NCBI GenBank assembly: GCA_049606355.1
Contig: JBMYVL010000001.1
Span: forward strand, 30,001-62,000
DNA length: 32,000 nt
Direction of reading: 5' to 3'
DNA from: Opitutales bacterium
Lineage (GTDB): Bacteria; Verrucomicrobiota; Verrucomicrobiia; Opitutales; Coraliomargaritaceae
The translations under genes were made by a program, and so were the position numbers. Numbering within the stretch: the stretch's first letter is position 1; each line of letters starts with the position of its first letter. A model generated the notes under the pieces. It was not told the DNA's origin. It did not search any database and was given only the letters and a program-made list of their open reading frames with translations. Positions 1 through 9,197 of this stretch are shown here, in pieces.

Positions 1-10
1 TCAGTCGAAT

Positions 11-28
11 TGTTGAATCGATTCAACA
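11..28. promoter_or_regulatory. Perfect 18-bp palindrome TGTTGAATCGATTCAACA (operator-like, or a weak AT-rich hairpin followed by TTTTG)
   Basis: Read directly: TGTTGAATC/GATTCAACA is perfectly self-complementary with a central CG. It lies 70-87 nt upstream of the TatD ATG at 98 and is followed by TTTTG. Confidence 0.3.
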
Positions 29-97
29 TTTTGCACAATCCTGCCTCTCACAGAAGTCTTAAGGATTTGCAAGGGACGTGAACCACTGACTGTAGCC

Positions 98-928
98 ATG
101 GCTGGCTGTACCAATGCCCCATTAGCAATGACGCACGATCCAGCGGTCCGACTGTACGATGCACACGTCCATTTAGCCGCTGAGACATTACAGGAGGAGC
201 GAAGTGCCATCCTACAAAGCTATGCGGCCATCGGTCTGGCTAAAGCGGTTGTAGTCGGCACCGCACCTCAAGACTGGCCTGCTGTGCTCACCTTGTGCCG
301 TGACGAGCCGCGATTCCTGCCCGCGATCGGCTTACACCCGTGGAAGATCACCCGCGCGCCAAACGATTGGCAGCACCGCTTCCTGCAAGCACTCGATCAA
401 GGTGCAGCAGTCATTGGCGAAATCGGGCTGGACCGCAGTCGCCAAGCACCTGCGTTTGAGCTCCAAACGGAGGCCTTTCGATTCCAGATGGCCGTAGCGA
501 CACAGCGGAATCTACCCGTATCGATTCATTGCGTTCGAGCAATTGGAGCACTGATGGAGATCTTACGAACGGTAGAACTCCCCACTCGGGGCTTTCACCT
601 GCATGCGTATCAAGGACCGATTGAACTCATTGGTGAACTAATGGATCGTGGTGCGTACTTTTCATTCCATTCGGGACAATTACGCCCAAAAGCAAAATGT
701 ATTTCAGCAGTACTACGCGCAGTTTCCGCGGATCGCTTACTCATCGAAACCGATGCTCCTGCGGGCCTGCCAACTGCAGAGTGGCGCGAGTTTAGTCTGG
801 CAGATGGGAACCTCTGCCATCCGGGCAATCTACGCAGTGGCTACAAAGCGATTGCGCAACTCCGTGGGCTTTCGTATGGTGCACTGCGCGAGCAGATCGA
901 AGCCAATTTCTTACGCTACTTTAATTGA
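98..928 (+). CDS. TatD-family metal-dependent hydrolase (DNase-like)
   Basis: 276-aa ORF with ATG start. Motifs DAHVHL (HxH), GEIGLD, SIHCV, HAY and ETDAP are typical of the TatD/amidohydrolase fold. Confidence 0.85.
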   Translation: MAGCTNAPLAMTHDPAVRLYDAHVHLAAETLQEERSAILQSYAAIGLAKAVVVGTAPQDWPAVLTLCRDEPRFLPAIGLHPWKITRAPNDWQHRFLQALDQGAAVIGEIGLDRSRQAPAFELQTEAFRFQMAVATQRNLPVSIHCVRAIGALMEILRTVELPTRGFHLHAYQGPIELIGELMDRGAYFSFHSGQLRPKAKCISAVLRAVSADRLLIETDAPAGLPTAEWREFSLADGNLCHPGNLRSGYKAIAQLRGLSYGALREQIEANFLRYFN

Positions 929-1365
929 ATCCGTTACAGCCAACCCCAAAGGTCACGAAGGGTGACTTGCTGCGCCGCGGCTTGTCCTGCCACTGCCCCA
1001 ATTGTGGCCAGGCGAAGCTGTTTCAACGCCCCCTGCGTATTCATCGAGTCTGCCCCGCGTGCGGAATGACACTGGAACGCGGTGATGGCTACTTTTTGGG
1101 ACCACTGTGCATCAACTATGGGCTCGTCGCTATCGGCTGCGTCGCACCCCTGTTGATGGCAGGATTTCTCGGCTGGGTCCACCTGCCCATTGCACTTGGG
1201 GGAAGTCTCATTGCATCCTTGAGCTTACCTATCTTACTCTACCGCATCAGTTGGAGTGGCTGGCTAATGCTCTACTACCTGTGCCTGCCCGATGAGTTGC
1301 ATGCGAACCGCTCGGAAGACTGCGACGACCTGTCGTTCGAAGAAGAATCGCGAGTGCGCGAATGA
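925..1365 (+). CDS. DUF983-like zinc-ribbon membrane protein
   Basis: CPNCG...CPACG double CxxC pair followed by two hydrophobic segments. The TTG start overlaps the TatD stop (TTGA). Start codon uncertain (alternative TTG at 967). Confidence 0.6.
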   Translation: MNPLQPTPKVTKGDLLRRGLSCHCPNCGQAKLFQRPLRIHRVCPACGMTLERGDGYFLGPLCINYGLVAIGCVAPLLMAGFLGWVHLPIALGGSLIASLSLPILLYRISWSGWLMLYYLCLPDELHANRSEDCDDLSFEEESRVRE

Positions 1366-1368
1366 GTA

Positions 1369-2118
1369 CTACTGCTCAATCGCTGCGCGACGGTACTGAG
1401 TATAGGCATTTTTAAGCGCACCATAGGGGTCCAGTGCCGTGCCCTTCATTTGTACATAGCGATCACTAATCTCAGGGCTGTCGACGACCGCTTTGCCAGC
1501 GGAGTACGCGGTACGCCATTCCCACTCATCTAAAACCGTCCACGGCTCAACGAAGGGGTTCACGGCGCGGTCACCTAGGGTACCGATTAAATCACGGACA
1601 TTTGTCGGCCCAAAAATCGGCAAGACTAAATATGCCCCTTCATTTATGCCCCACGCACCGAGGGCTTGACCGACATCTTCTCCCGGCACGGCGGCAAGGC
1701 CTTCAATGGCATTCGCAGGTGTAAGCACACCGCCAATTCCCAAGGTCGTATTAATCGCGAAACGACCGGTTTCGACCCATGCTTCAGCAAACTTCGCTTG
1801 CAACACGTTGCCAACAAAACGAACCGGATACTTAAGGTTATGAAAGAAATTTTCCGCGCCGTCCTCGATCGGATCCGGAGTCAGTGCCGTATAGCCGGTG
1901 GCAATCGGATCCATCACATACAGGAAGAATAGATCATTGAACTCGAAGATCGCACGATTGATCACTTCCAGTGGATCCGAATTCACCGCAGCCTGCTCTT
2001 CGATAACTTCGCCATAGAGCTCTTCCTCAGACAGAAAATCATCTGCCGCGGCTGTTCTGACCCAGCCCAAGCAAACAAGGCACAAGACCATCATTAACTT
2101 AAATCGTGATTGTTTCAT
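1369..2118 (-). CDS. mlaA: MlaA/VacJ-family outer-membrane lipid-asymmetry protein
   Basis: 249 aa with an N-terminal signal sequence. VacJ-type core DPLEVINRAIFEFND...HNLKYPVRFVGNVLQ...GRFAINTTLGIGG. Last gene of the mla operon, overlapping mlaC by 20 nt. Confidence 0.85.
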   Translation of the reverse strand: MKQSRFKLMMVLCLVCLGWVRTAAADDFLSEEELYGEVIEEQAAVNSDPLEVINRAIFEFNDLFFLYVMDPIATGYTALTPDPIEDGAENFFHNLKYPVRFVGNVLQAKFAEAWVETGRFAINTTLGIGGVLTPANAIEGLAAVPGEDVGQALGAWGINEGAYLVLPIFGPTNVRDLIGTLGDRAVNPFVEPWTVLDEWEWRTAYSAGKAVVDSPEISDRYVQMKGTALDPYGALKNAYTQYRRAAIEQ

Positions 2119-2713
2119 GTAATGTGCCCTCCTTGAGCAATTCTTCTAGTTTCTGTATTAGCTCTGCAGCGGTACCGCGGCGAAAATGATCATCAAATTG
2201 CTGCCGATAATTCGCTACGATACTGATCCCTTCGGCGACAATGTCATACATTTGCCATCCAGACCGGGTTCGTCCGAGGCGGTACACGACATGCAGTGCC
2301 TGCCCCTCAAGATGAACCACGGATGCCACCTCGATGCGCTTGTCAGAAAGCTGCACGGTCTTGGTAAAGCGGACCTCCGGACGATTTGTACCGTTAAAGC
2401 CATCGACGTAAGTCTTCATGACAAGCTGCTTGATTAAGTCTACCGTTCGCCCCTGTTCAAGCGGGCTCATCTGCCCCCAATTACGCCCGATGGCTCGTCG
2501 AATCAGAATCGTCATATCATAATTCGACTCGATCACTTGCAAAACTTTCGCCTGCTTTTGATCCGCTGACAAAAGCGCGGATGATTCAGAATAAAACGCA
2601 TCCAGGGCCGCGTTCACCGTAGCTTGCAGTTGAAGTTCCGGCGCGGTGAACTGCGCGGCGCCGGCGCTCACCACTGCCAAGAAAAAAAATCCTACCATTC
2701 GCAACAGGTTCAT
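2099..2713 (-). CDS. mlaC: MlaC/Ttg2D-family periplasmic lipid-binding protein
   Basis: 204 aa with a signal peptide (MNLLRMVGFFFLAVVSAGAA). Size and position between mlaD and mlaA fit, as do Ttg2D-like segments (ILIRRAIGRNW, YRQQF). Confidence 0.8.
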   Translation of the reverse strand: MNLLRMVGFFFLAVVSAGAAQFTAPELQLQATVNAALDAFYSESSALLSADQKQAKVLQVIESNYDMTILIRRAIGRNWGQMSPLEQGRTVDLIKQLVMKTYVDGFNGTNRPEVRFTKTVQLSDKRIEVASVVHLEGQALHVVYRLGRTRSGWQMYDIVAEGISIVANYRQQFDDHFRRGTAAELIQKLEELLKEGTLHETITI

Positions 2714-2731
2714 CAGTTCGGATGTTATGGC

Positions 2732-3190
2732 TTATTCGGACTTTCCGTCAATCCCACCGAGCGCAAACCGACTGATCAAGTCCTCGATATCTAATGCTGG
2801 GACAGTATCATAAATACGATCTCCGTCGACCAACAGGATATCCGAACCACCTGGCGACAACTCGATGAAGCGGTCCCCGATCAGTCCGGATGTTTTCACG
2901 GTCGCAATCGTATCTTCATCGATCGCCACCGACTTGGGTAATTCTAACGTGACTTGTGCGAAATACGCATCGTCCAACTCAATCGCAGTCACGGTGCCGA
3001 CGCGCACCCCGGCGATTTCGACACGACTGCCGGGGTTGACACCGGCTACGCTCGAGAACTGCGCATTCAACTCGTAGACATCTCCACCAAGCAAGCGCGC
3101 GCTCCCCACTTGAATCGCCAGATAGAGCACTGCGCACAAACCCAGCACAACAAAGCATCCAACCCCAATTTCAATCTTACGATTATTCAT
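2732..3190 (-). CDS. mlaD: MlaD, single-MCE-domain protein
   Basis: 152 aa with an N-terminal TM helix then an MCE domain (GVNPGSRVEIAGVRVGTV...LIGDRFIELSPG). Its start overlaps the mlaF stop (ATGA). Confidence 0.85.
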   Translation of the reverse strand: MNNRKIEIGVGCFVVLGLCAVLYLAIQVGSARLLGGDVYELNAQFSSVAGVNPGSRVEIAGVRVGTVTAIELDDAYFAQVTLELPKSVAIDEDTIATVKTSGLIGDRFIELSPGGSDILLVDGDRIYDTVPALDIEDLISRFALGGIDGKSE

Positions 3191-3966
3191 ACCGCACTCA
3201 CTCCCTTGTTTGATCCACTCTTCCGGCCATAGTTGGCCTTATTTAAAAACCCTGACAAATCCGGATCTACACTCAGATCCAATTCCGCTGGCTTACCGAC
3301 AAAACGTAAGCGACCGGCATCTAGCCATGCCACACGATCGCTAATTGCAAAGACTTCAGGAATATCATGACTCACCAGCAAGGCGGTAAACCCGAAGCGT
3401 TCGCGATAATCTGCAATCATTTCAAAAACACTAAACTTACGTTCCGGATCCAGCCCAGTGGTCGGCTCATCAAAAAGTACGACCTGTGGCTTGGTAATCA
3501 AGGCCCGCGCGAGCGCCACGCGCTTGCGCATGCCACCGGATAATTCACTCGGGTAACGAGTCGCTGCCTCGCACAACTCCAGCTGCTGCAACAGGTCGTC
3601 GACGCGGGCACGCACTTCACTGGTCTTAAGCGTTGTTGTTTCACACAAAGGTAATGCCACATTCTCGGCGGTCGTCATCGAATCAAACAAGGCATTATTC
3701 TGAAACATGTAACTAAAAGACACGCCATTGGTGCGAGTGGCACTCTGGCGACTGTCCGCAAGCGGCTGACCCTCCAATTCCACTTTACCGGCATCTGCCG
3801 GCAATAAATTGGCAATACACTTCAATAGGACCGATTTGCCGATCCCACTCTTACCAATGATCGTCGTGACCGAAGCACGCTCAACTTCCAGATCGATCCC
3901 ATCCAAGACTCGCTTGTCGCCAAAATGCTTTTTTAAGCCGGTAATCTTTAAAAATGCGCCACTCAC
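3187..3966 (-). CDS. mlaF: MlaF ABC-transporter ATP-binding protein
   Basis: Walker A GKSGIGKS, signature LSGGMRKR, Walker B VVLFDEPTTGLD, H-loop SHD. Apparent GTG start. Confidence 0.9.
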   Translation of the reverse strand: MSGAFLKITGLKKHFGDKRVLDGIDLEVERASVTTIIGKSGIGKSVLLKCIANLLPADAGKVELEGQPLADSRQSATRTNGVSFSYMFQNNALFDSMTTAENVALPLCETTTLKTSEVRARVDDLLQQLELCEAATRYPSELSGGMRKRVALARALITKPQVVLFDEPTTGLDPERKFSVFEMIADYRERFGFTALLVSHDIPEVFAISDRVAWLDAGRLRFVGKPAELDLSVDPDLSGFLNKANYGRKSGSNKGVSAV

Positions 3967-3968
3967 GA

Positions 3969-4745
3969 TTAAATCAGAAATGAAGTGATTAGATAGTCTG
4001 CCGCCAGCACAGCGACACTGGAAAATACCACTGCCCGTGTCGCCGACTCACTGACCCCGCGCACCCCACGGAAACTTGATTTAAGGTGCGTATAAAAGCC
4101 GCGATAGGTGCAAATCGAAATCGTCAGCAGTCCAAAAACCAAGGCTTTGATAAATCCGCCACGTACGTCCGCCCATTCAATACTATCAAACACATGATTC
4201 CAATAAACCCCGGCATCGACATTCAGCAAAACAGAGCCCGTCAAATACCCGCCAAAGATCCCGATCAGATCGAAGCAAGCCGTCAGTATCGGAAAACAAA
4301 GCAGTGCGGCCCATAAACGCGGCCCGACGAGGAATCCTTTCGCATCAATTCCCATCGTCTGTAAGGCATCGATTTGTTCATCATTACGCTGTATCCCAAT
4401 TTCCGATGCCAGCGCGGAGCCGGACTGGCCAACAATCATCAGTGCAGTCAGGACCGGCCCCAGTTCCCGAACAAGGGAAAGTGCCACCGCATCGCCCAAG
4501 GCCGCTTCGGCACCGAGGCGAGACAGGGTATAATAGAGCTGCAAGCCCATGACTAAGCCCGTAAACAAACCAACAATCGCAACAATCGGCACACAGCGCA
4601 CACCAATCTCATGAATTGCAGTCACCCATTTCGCCAAACGGCGGCGCTGCAGACTAAAGCGGTACAGTGCGAGCCCGCTGAAACGTGTCATTGCCCCGAA
4701 TTCGGCAACGATGTGCAGCGCAGAGCGCCCAAGTGTGCGTATCAT
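3969..4745 (-). CDS. mlaE: MlaE ABC-transporter permease
   Basis: Multi-TM protein of the MlaE/Ttg2B type (VRELGPVLTALM, IDALQTMGID). The ORF track begins at a TTG (4751). The ATG at 4745 (MIRTLG...) is the more likely start. Confidence 0.9.
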   Translation of the reverse strand: MIRTLGRSALHIVAEFGAMTRFSGLALYRFSLQRRRLAKWVTAIHEIGVRCVPIVAIVGLFTGLVMGLQLYYTLSRLGAEAALGDAVALSLVRELGPVLTALMIVGQSGSALASEIGIQRNDEQIDALQTMGIDAKGFLVGPRLWAALLCFPILTACFDLIGIFGGYLTGSVLLNVDAGVYWNHVFDSIEWADVRGGFIKALVFGLLTISICTYRGFYTHLKSSFRGVRGVSESATRAVVFSSVAVLAADYLITSFLI

Positions 4746-4856
4746 GTGCAAGGTTTAAGCTAATTAATGAGGCTGGGCTATTGTATGACATGATTGACCA
4801 CGGTGAGGAAAGACGAAAATCCATCCAGCGATGCCCGCTAAAGACAAATTCCTGAC

Positions 4857-4887
4857 TTGACCCATTTAATGGAAAGCCCCGTATTGA
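4857..4887 (+). promoter_or_regulatory. Candidate sigma-70-type promoter for tRNA-Gly (TTGACC ... TATTGA)
   Basis: TTGACC at 4857-4862 and TATTGA at 4882-4887, about 14 nt before the tRNA 5' end. The 19-nt spacer is long and the -10 is weak. Confidence 0.25.
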
Positions 4888-4900
4888 GCGTCCTCTCTGA

Positions 4901-4974
<74 letters not shown>

Positions 4975-5124
4975 CGCTCCTCCGTCGGAGCTGGGCATAA
5001 GTACAAACTCAGCGCGATAACCGCGGGGCCGACTCCCATCGCGTCGCGATCACTGCTCCGCAGCTCTCATTGCCGCCTCGCTCCGTGGGACTCCGTTCTC
5101 ATCGGTCCCGCAGCGCAGCTACAG

Positions 5125-5152
5125 TTAAGGCTGCCCTGACGGACAGCCTTAA
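5125..5152 (-). terminator. Hairpin 8 nt downstream of the tRNA-Tyr 3' end (termination/processing stem)
   Basis: Perfect 9-bp stem TTAAGGCTG/CAGCCTTAA with a 10-nt loop. There is no U-tract on either strand. Confidence 0.4.
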
Positions 5153-5154
5153 GC

Positions 5155-5242
<88 letters not shown>

Positions 5243-5386
5243 TTGAGGAAAGCCGTGCACTGTAGATCGCTAAATTCGGTTGCCAAGTCCTTTTTTGCGA
5301 AATTTCAGTGGTGCATTCCCGATCGGGTTTTGCCTTGAATCGACGCAGCCCATGCCGGGGCGCGTCAGCAAAACGCAAGCGAGGAT

Positions 5387-6334
5387 TTATTGGAACGTTC
5401 GTAACGCACCAAAGAAGAGCTCCGCAGCACCGTCGAGATAGGCGTCCACCGCGCGACTGAAGCCAAGGTAGTAAATCAATCCAGCGCCTGCCAGCATCGG
5501 GCCAAACGGGACCTGTGTACCGAATGCGACCCATTCCGTATCGCTTTCCGCTCCCTCCGTCCCTTCAGCTGGCGACTCGACAACTGGCGCACTGCCCCAG
5601 CCGCAAATGCGCCCGAGCAGCACAAGCGGCAGTAACACAATCGAACCGATCAACGCGCCACCAAACATGGCAAAGACCGCACCCTGCCACCCGCAAAAGG
5701 CACCGATAAAACCGACAAATTTCACATCGCCCTCACCCATCGCCGGCTTGCGAAACACGACCTCGCCGAGTACCGCAATCCAGTAAACCAGACCCGAGCC
5801 CACCAGCACCCCTATGATGGCAAGCAGACCCGATTGTAGATGCGCAGCAAGTCCCGTGGCCTCGATGCCATGAAGTTCGGGAAAGCAAATCGACAGCAGC
5901 ACACCCACAAGCATCCCTCCAATCGAAAAACGGTCGGGAATAATCATATGATCCAAGTCGATGAAGGTTGAGCAAATCAGCAATGCAATGTAGAGCATAC
6001 CGATCAGCGCCAAGGTCGGTGGATGCGCCCACCAGGCATAGGCAAACAAACTGGCGGTCAACAATTCGATCATTGGATAGCGAATGCTAAACGAAGCCCC
6101 ACAACAGGCGGCGCGACCGCGCAAAAAACACCAGCTTAAGATTGGAATGTTGTGATACCAGGCAATCGCCGCACCGCAGGCACAGGTGGAGCCCGGGAAG
6201 ACGATCGAGCGTTCCATGGGAATTCGGTAAATGCACACATTTAAAAAACTCCCCACGGCCGCACCAAAAATAAAAATCATAGCGGTCACAAACATCGGGA
6301 AATCCGAATTCATGTATTCAAATGTTTCGAGCAT
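5387..6334 (-). CDS. pilD: Type IV prepilin peptidase / N-methyltransferase (A24 family)
   Basis: 315-aa polytopic membrane protein. N-terminal Cys cluster (CACG...CCG) and the two Asp motifs (IDLDHMIIPD and GEGDVKF) are typical of PilD/A24 peptidases. Confidence 0.9.
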   Translation of the reverse strand: MLETFEYMNSDFPMFVTAMIFIFGAAVGSFLNVCIYRIPMERSIVFPGSTCACGAAIAWYHNIPILSWCFLRGRAACCGASFSIRYPMIELLTASLFAYAWWAHPPTLALIGMLYIALLICSTFIDLDHMIIPDRFSIGGMLVGVLLSICFPELHGIEATGLAAHLQSGLLAIIGVLVGSGLVYWIAVLGEVVFRKPAMGEGDVKFVGFIGAFCGWQGAVFAMFGGALIGSIVLLPLVLLGRICGWGSAPVVESPAEGTEGAESDTEWVAFGTQVPFGPMLAGAGLIYYLGFSRAVDAYLDGAAELFFGALRTFQ

Positions 6335-6403
6335 GTTGGGTACAGTTGGGTTTAAGAACTCCTGCGGCTATACGTGAGACGCCGTTTACAAGCATAAGCG
6401 GGC

Positions 6404-7354
6404 TTATTCACTACCAAGTGAAACATCACGCGGCGGCAGCTGCAAGGCATGGCAGGCCGCGGACAGCATGGCATGCGCATCGACCTCCGCATGCGACCAA
6501 ATCCGTAGTGCTTGCGCCCCTTGGTGAACGAGCATTGAGAGTCCGTTCGCGACCGGCAACCCTCTCGCTTCAGCATCGCGCAAGAGTTGAGTCGCTGCGG
6601 GATTATAGATCATGTCGTACACCTTCCATCCAGACGGTAGCTGACTCACATCGATCGGAGCCGGATCGGTCGACTGAAGCCCCAGCGACGTGGCATTGAT
6701 CACCACGCCCGCGGGTGGCAAGTCATCCGGCAATTGATCCAGCGCAAAGGTCCGAACTCGGTCCCCGCCGGCCAATGGAGACAGCGCCGCCAACAAGCCA
6801 CTAAGGCGTTCTGGCGTACGGTTGCCGACATACAACTGCGCACAGCCTTCAAGCAAACATTGAACTGCGGCCGCCCGCGCCGCGCCACCGGATCCAAGTA
6901 ACAGGATGGTACTGCCCGTGAGGCTATGGTCGAAATCCATCTGCAAGCCCAACTTCAGTCCATAGCCGTCCGTGTTGAACCCATCATAACCGAGTTCATC
7001 CCAAACGAGGGTATTGACCGCGCCCATATGCTCAGCATCCGTCGAAACTCCTTTGAGTGCCTGCATCGCCACGACCTTGTGTGGGACCGTCAAATTGAGC
7101 CCCAGGAAATTTTGACGATGAAACAGCGGCAATGCCTCCAGTAGATCCTCTGCCGCAACTTCAAAGCGATAGTAGGCCCAATCCTTAAAGCGCGAGTCAC
7201 TCACCCGTAGCTTGGCGATCGCCGCATTGTGCATGGCAGGACTGACTGAGTGCCGAATGGGGGAACCGACCACCGCCAAAGGTGTGCCCGGAAAATCAAG
7301 ACGTTCCAGATCCGATAATGTATATGTAACTTCAGTATCCACGATTCGATGCAA
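6404..7354 (-). CDS. aroE: Shikimate dehydrogenase
   Basis: Motifs SPAMHNAA, GLNLTVPHK, NTLV and NTDG, plus the Rossmann segment LLLGSGGAARA. TTG start in the track. A GTG four codons downstream is an alternative. Confidence 0.85.
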   Translation of the reverse strand: MHRIVDTEVTYTLSDLERLDFPGTPLAVVGSPIRHSVSPAMHNAAIAKLRVSDSRFKDWAYYRFEVAAEDLLEALPLFHRQNFLGLNLTVPHKVVAMQALKGVSTDAEHMGAVNTLVWDELGYDGFNTDGYGLKLGLQMDFDHSLTGSTILLLGSGGAARAAAVQCLLEGCAQLYVGNRTPERLSGLLAALSPLAGGDRVRTFALDQLPDDLPPAGVVINATSLGLQSTDPAPIDVSQLPSGWKVYDMIYNPAATQLLRDAEARGLPVANGLSMLVHQGAQALRIWSHAEVDAHAMLSAACHALQLPPRDVSLGSE

Positions 7355-7414
7355 AATAATCTCTCTGACTCGGGGACGCTAGCACGTCACCATCACCCCT
7401 GACAACCCATTCTA

Positions 7415-8116
7415 TCACACTGGATGGGTGCGTGACCCGTATAAGGCGGTACCCACACGAATCTGGGTCGAACCCGCAGCGATCGCCTGCTCCAAATCGC
7501 CCGTCATACCCATCGATAGTTCACTGAGTGGCACAGCGAAAGTCGACGCAAGGTCATCACGCAGGACGCGCAGGGCATCAAAAGCGCGATGCGCGACCTC
7601 CGGCGAATCGTCCAGCGGGGCGATCGTCATCAAGCCATCGACCTGCAAATGAGTTGACGACAGCGCGGCTTCCATGGCCGCGGCCATCGCTTCGATCGTA
7701 AAACCAGACTTATTCGGATCATTCCCAGTATTGCATTGCAGTAAAATCGGCAGGCACTTGCCGGATTCGCCCGCAAAGCGGTCGAGGCGTCGCAATAATT
7801 TAATCGAGTCGACCGATTGAATCCGATCAAAGATCATGACTGCGTCCTTTGCCTTATTGGACTGCAAATGTCCGATTAATTCCCAACGCAGGGCAGTGCC
7901 GAACTGACGGTGCTTCACTGCAGCCTCCTGCACACGATTTTCGCCGACTGCAGGCAGCCCGCAGCGCGCCGCATAGTCAACTGCCGCAACCGGATGGTTT
8001 TTCGTGACAGGCAGCAGCGCGACACTCGCCACCGCACGGCCAGCTGCCTCACAGGCCTGCGCAATGCGGGACTGAACTTGCTGCAAGCGACTCTCAAATT
8101 GAGTAAAGGAAATCAT
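7415..8116 (-). CDS. yggS: YggS-family pyridoxal-phosphate homeostasis protein
   Basis: 233 aa. LLPVTKNHP (PLP lysine), GENRVQE, WELIGHLQSNK and SMGMTGD are typical YggS/PROSC motifs. Confidence 0.9.
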   Translation of the reverse strand: MISFTQFESRLQQVQSRIAQACEAAGRAVASVALLPVTKNHPVAAVDYAARCGLPAVGENRVQEAAVKHRQFGTALRWELIGHLQSNKAKDAVMIFDRIQSVDSIKLLRRLDRFAGESGKCLPILLQCNTGNDPNKSGFTIEAMAAAMEAALSSTHLQVDGLMTIAPLDDSPEVAHRAFDALRVLRDDLASTFAVPLSELSMGMTGDLEQAIAAGSTQIRVGTALYGSRTHPV

Positions 8117-8211
8117 GACTATAAGGAACCGATCGGCATTAGTAATGCTTACATAAGTAAAACTTGTTATTTGGTTGATCTAGCACAGGTATTATTTATC
8201 TTAATAAATCC

Positions 8212-9114
8212 ATGCATGTCGAAAACTTTAAGATCTTCTCCGACCTTGTCGAAAGCGAAAGCTTTTCACGAGCCGCAAAACTAAATGGCATCACACAATC
8301 GGCGGTTAGTCAGCAGCTACGTGCCATGGAGAAGCACTTTAGTATTTTGATCGTCGACCGCAGCCAGAAGCAATTTCGCCTCACGCGCGAGGGCCAAAAG
8401 CTGTACGAGTCTGCCAAGGAAATGCTCTATCTCTACGATAAGCTCAATAGCGAGCTACAGGAGATGAAGAAGGTGATCAGCGGCACCATTCACATTTCGA
8501 CCGTATATAGCATCGGGCTGCACGAATTGCCCCCCTATATCAAAGAATTCATGTCCACCTATCCGGATGTGAATGTACGCGTTGAATATCGGCGAGCCAA
8601 CATGGTCTATGAAGACATCCTCACTAATTCCATCGATCTGGGCTTAGTCGCATATCCGCAGAAACACAAACAGCTTGAGGTACTGCCCTTCCATGACGAT
8701 GAGCTGGTGCTCGCGTGCTATCCGGAACATCCCTTAACGCAGCAAAGTTCGGTTGATATTCAGGCACTCAACGGACAAAAGATCATCGGCTTCGAGCCCG
8801 ACATCCCGACGCGTAAAGCCACCGATCAAATTTTCAAAGAGTCCAATATCGACGCCGATTTGGTGATGGAATTCGATAATGTTGAAACAGTGAAGCGCGC
8901 AGTCGAAATCAACGCCGGCATTGCCATACTCCCGCAGACAACGGTTGTACGCGAGGAAGCGCAGGGACTCCTCAAGGTCCTTAAATTCAGCAACCAGACC
9001 TACAATCGCCCGCTGGCATTGATCCACCGCAAGGGTCGCGTATTGACCCCCGCGATGAAAAAGCTGATCGAGTTACTCACCACCAAGAAGCTGGAATCGG
9101 AAAAACCGGTCTAA
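8212..9114 (+). CDS. LysR-family transcriptional regulator
   Basis: 300 aa. N-terminal wHTH (FSRAAKLNGITQSAVSQQLRAMEKHF) plus a LysR substrate-binding domain. An AT-rich upstream region contains short palindromes. Confidence 0.9.
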   Translation: MHVENFKIFSDLVESESFSRAAKLNGITQSAVSQQLRAMEKHFSILIVDRSQKQFRLTREGQKLYESAKEMLYLYDKLNSELQEMKKVISGTIHISTVYSIGLHELPPYIKEFMSTYPDVNVRVEYRRANMVYEDILTNSIDLGLVAYPQKHKQLEVLPFHDDELVLACYPEHPLTQQSSVDIQALNGQKIIGFEPDIPTRKATDQIFKESNIDADLVMEFDNVETVKRAVEINAGIAILPQTTVVREEAQGLLKVLKFSNQTYNRPLALIHRKGRVLTPAMKKLIELLTTKKLESEKPV

Positions 9115-9197
9115 ACACCGCGCGAGGCAGTCATTCGTTCCGTACGGAGACGCTTGCAGTTCCCTTGTGCTCAGCTTTAGTGCTAGCTCTTTGATCG

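Noticed and set aside
1-210. 69-aa minus-strand ORF at the window edge
   Set aside because: It overlaps the TatD start and upstream region, has no motifs, and has implausible composition.
8117-8211. AT-rich region upstream of the LysR gene, with short palindromes (CATTAGTAATG, GTAATGCTTAC, TTACATAAGTAA), as candidate T-N11-A LysR boxes
   Set aside because: In such AT-rich sequence, short palindromes are expected by chance, and I cannot single out a specific box without comparative data.
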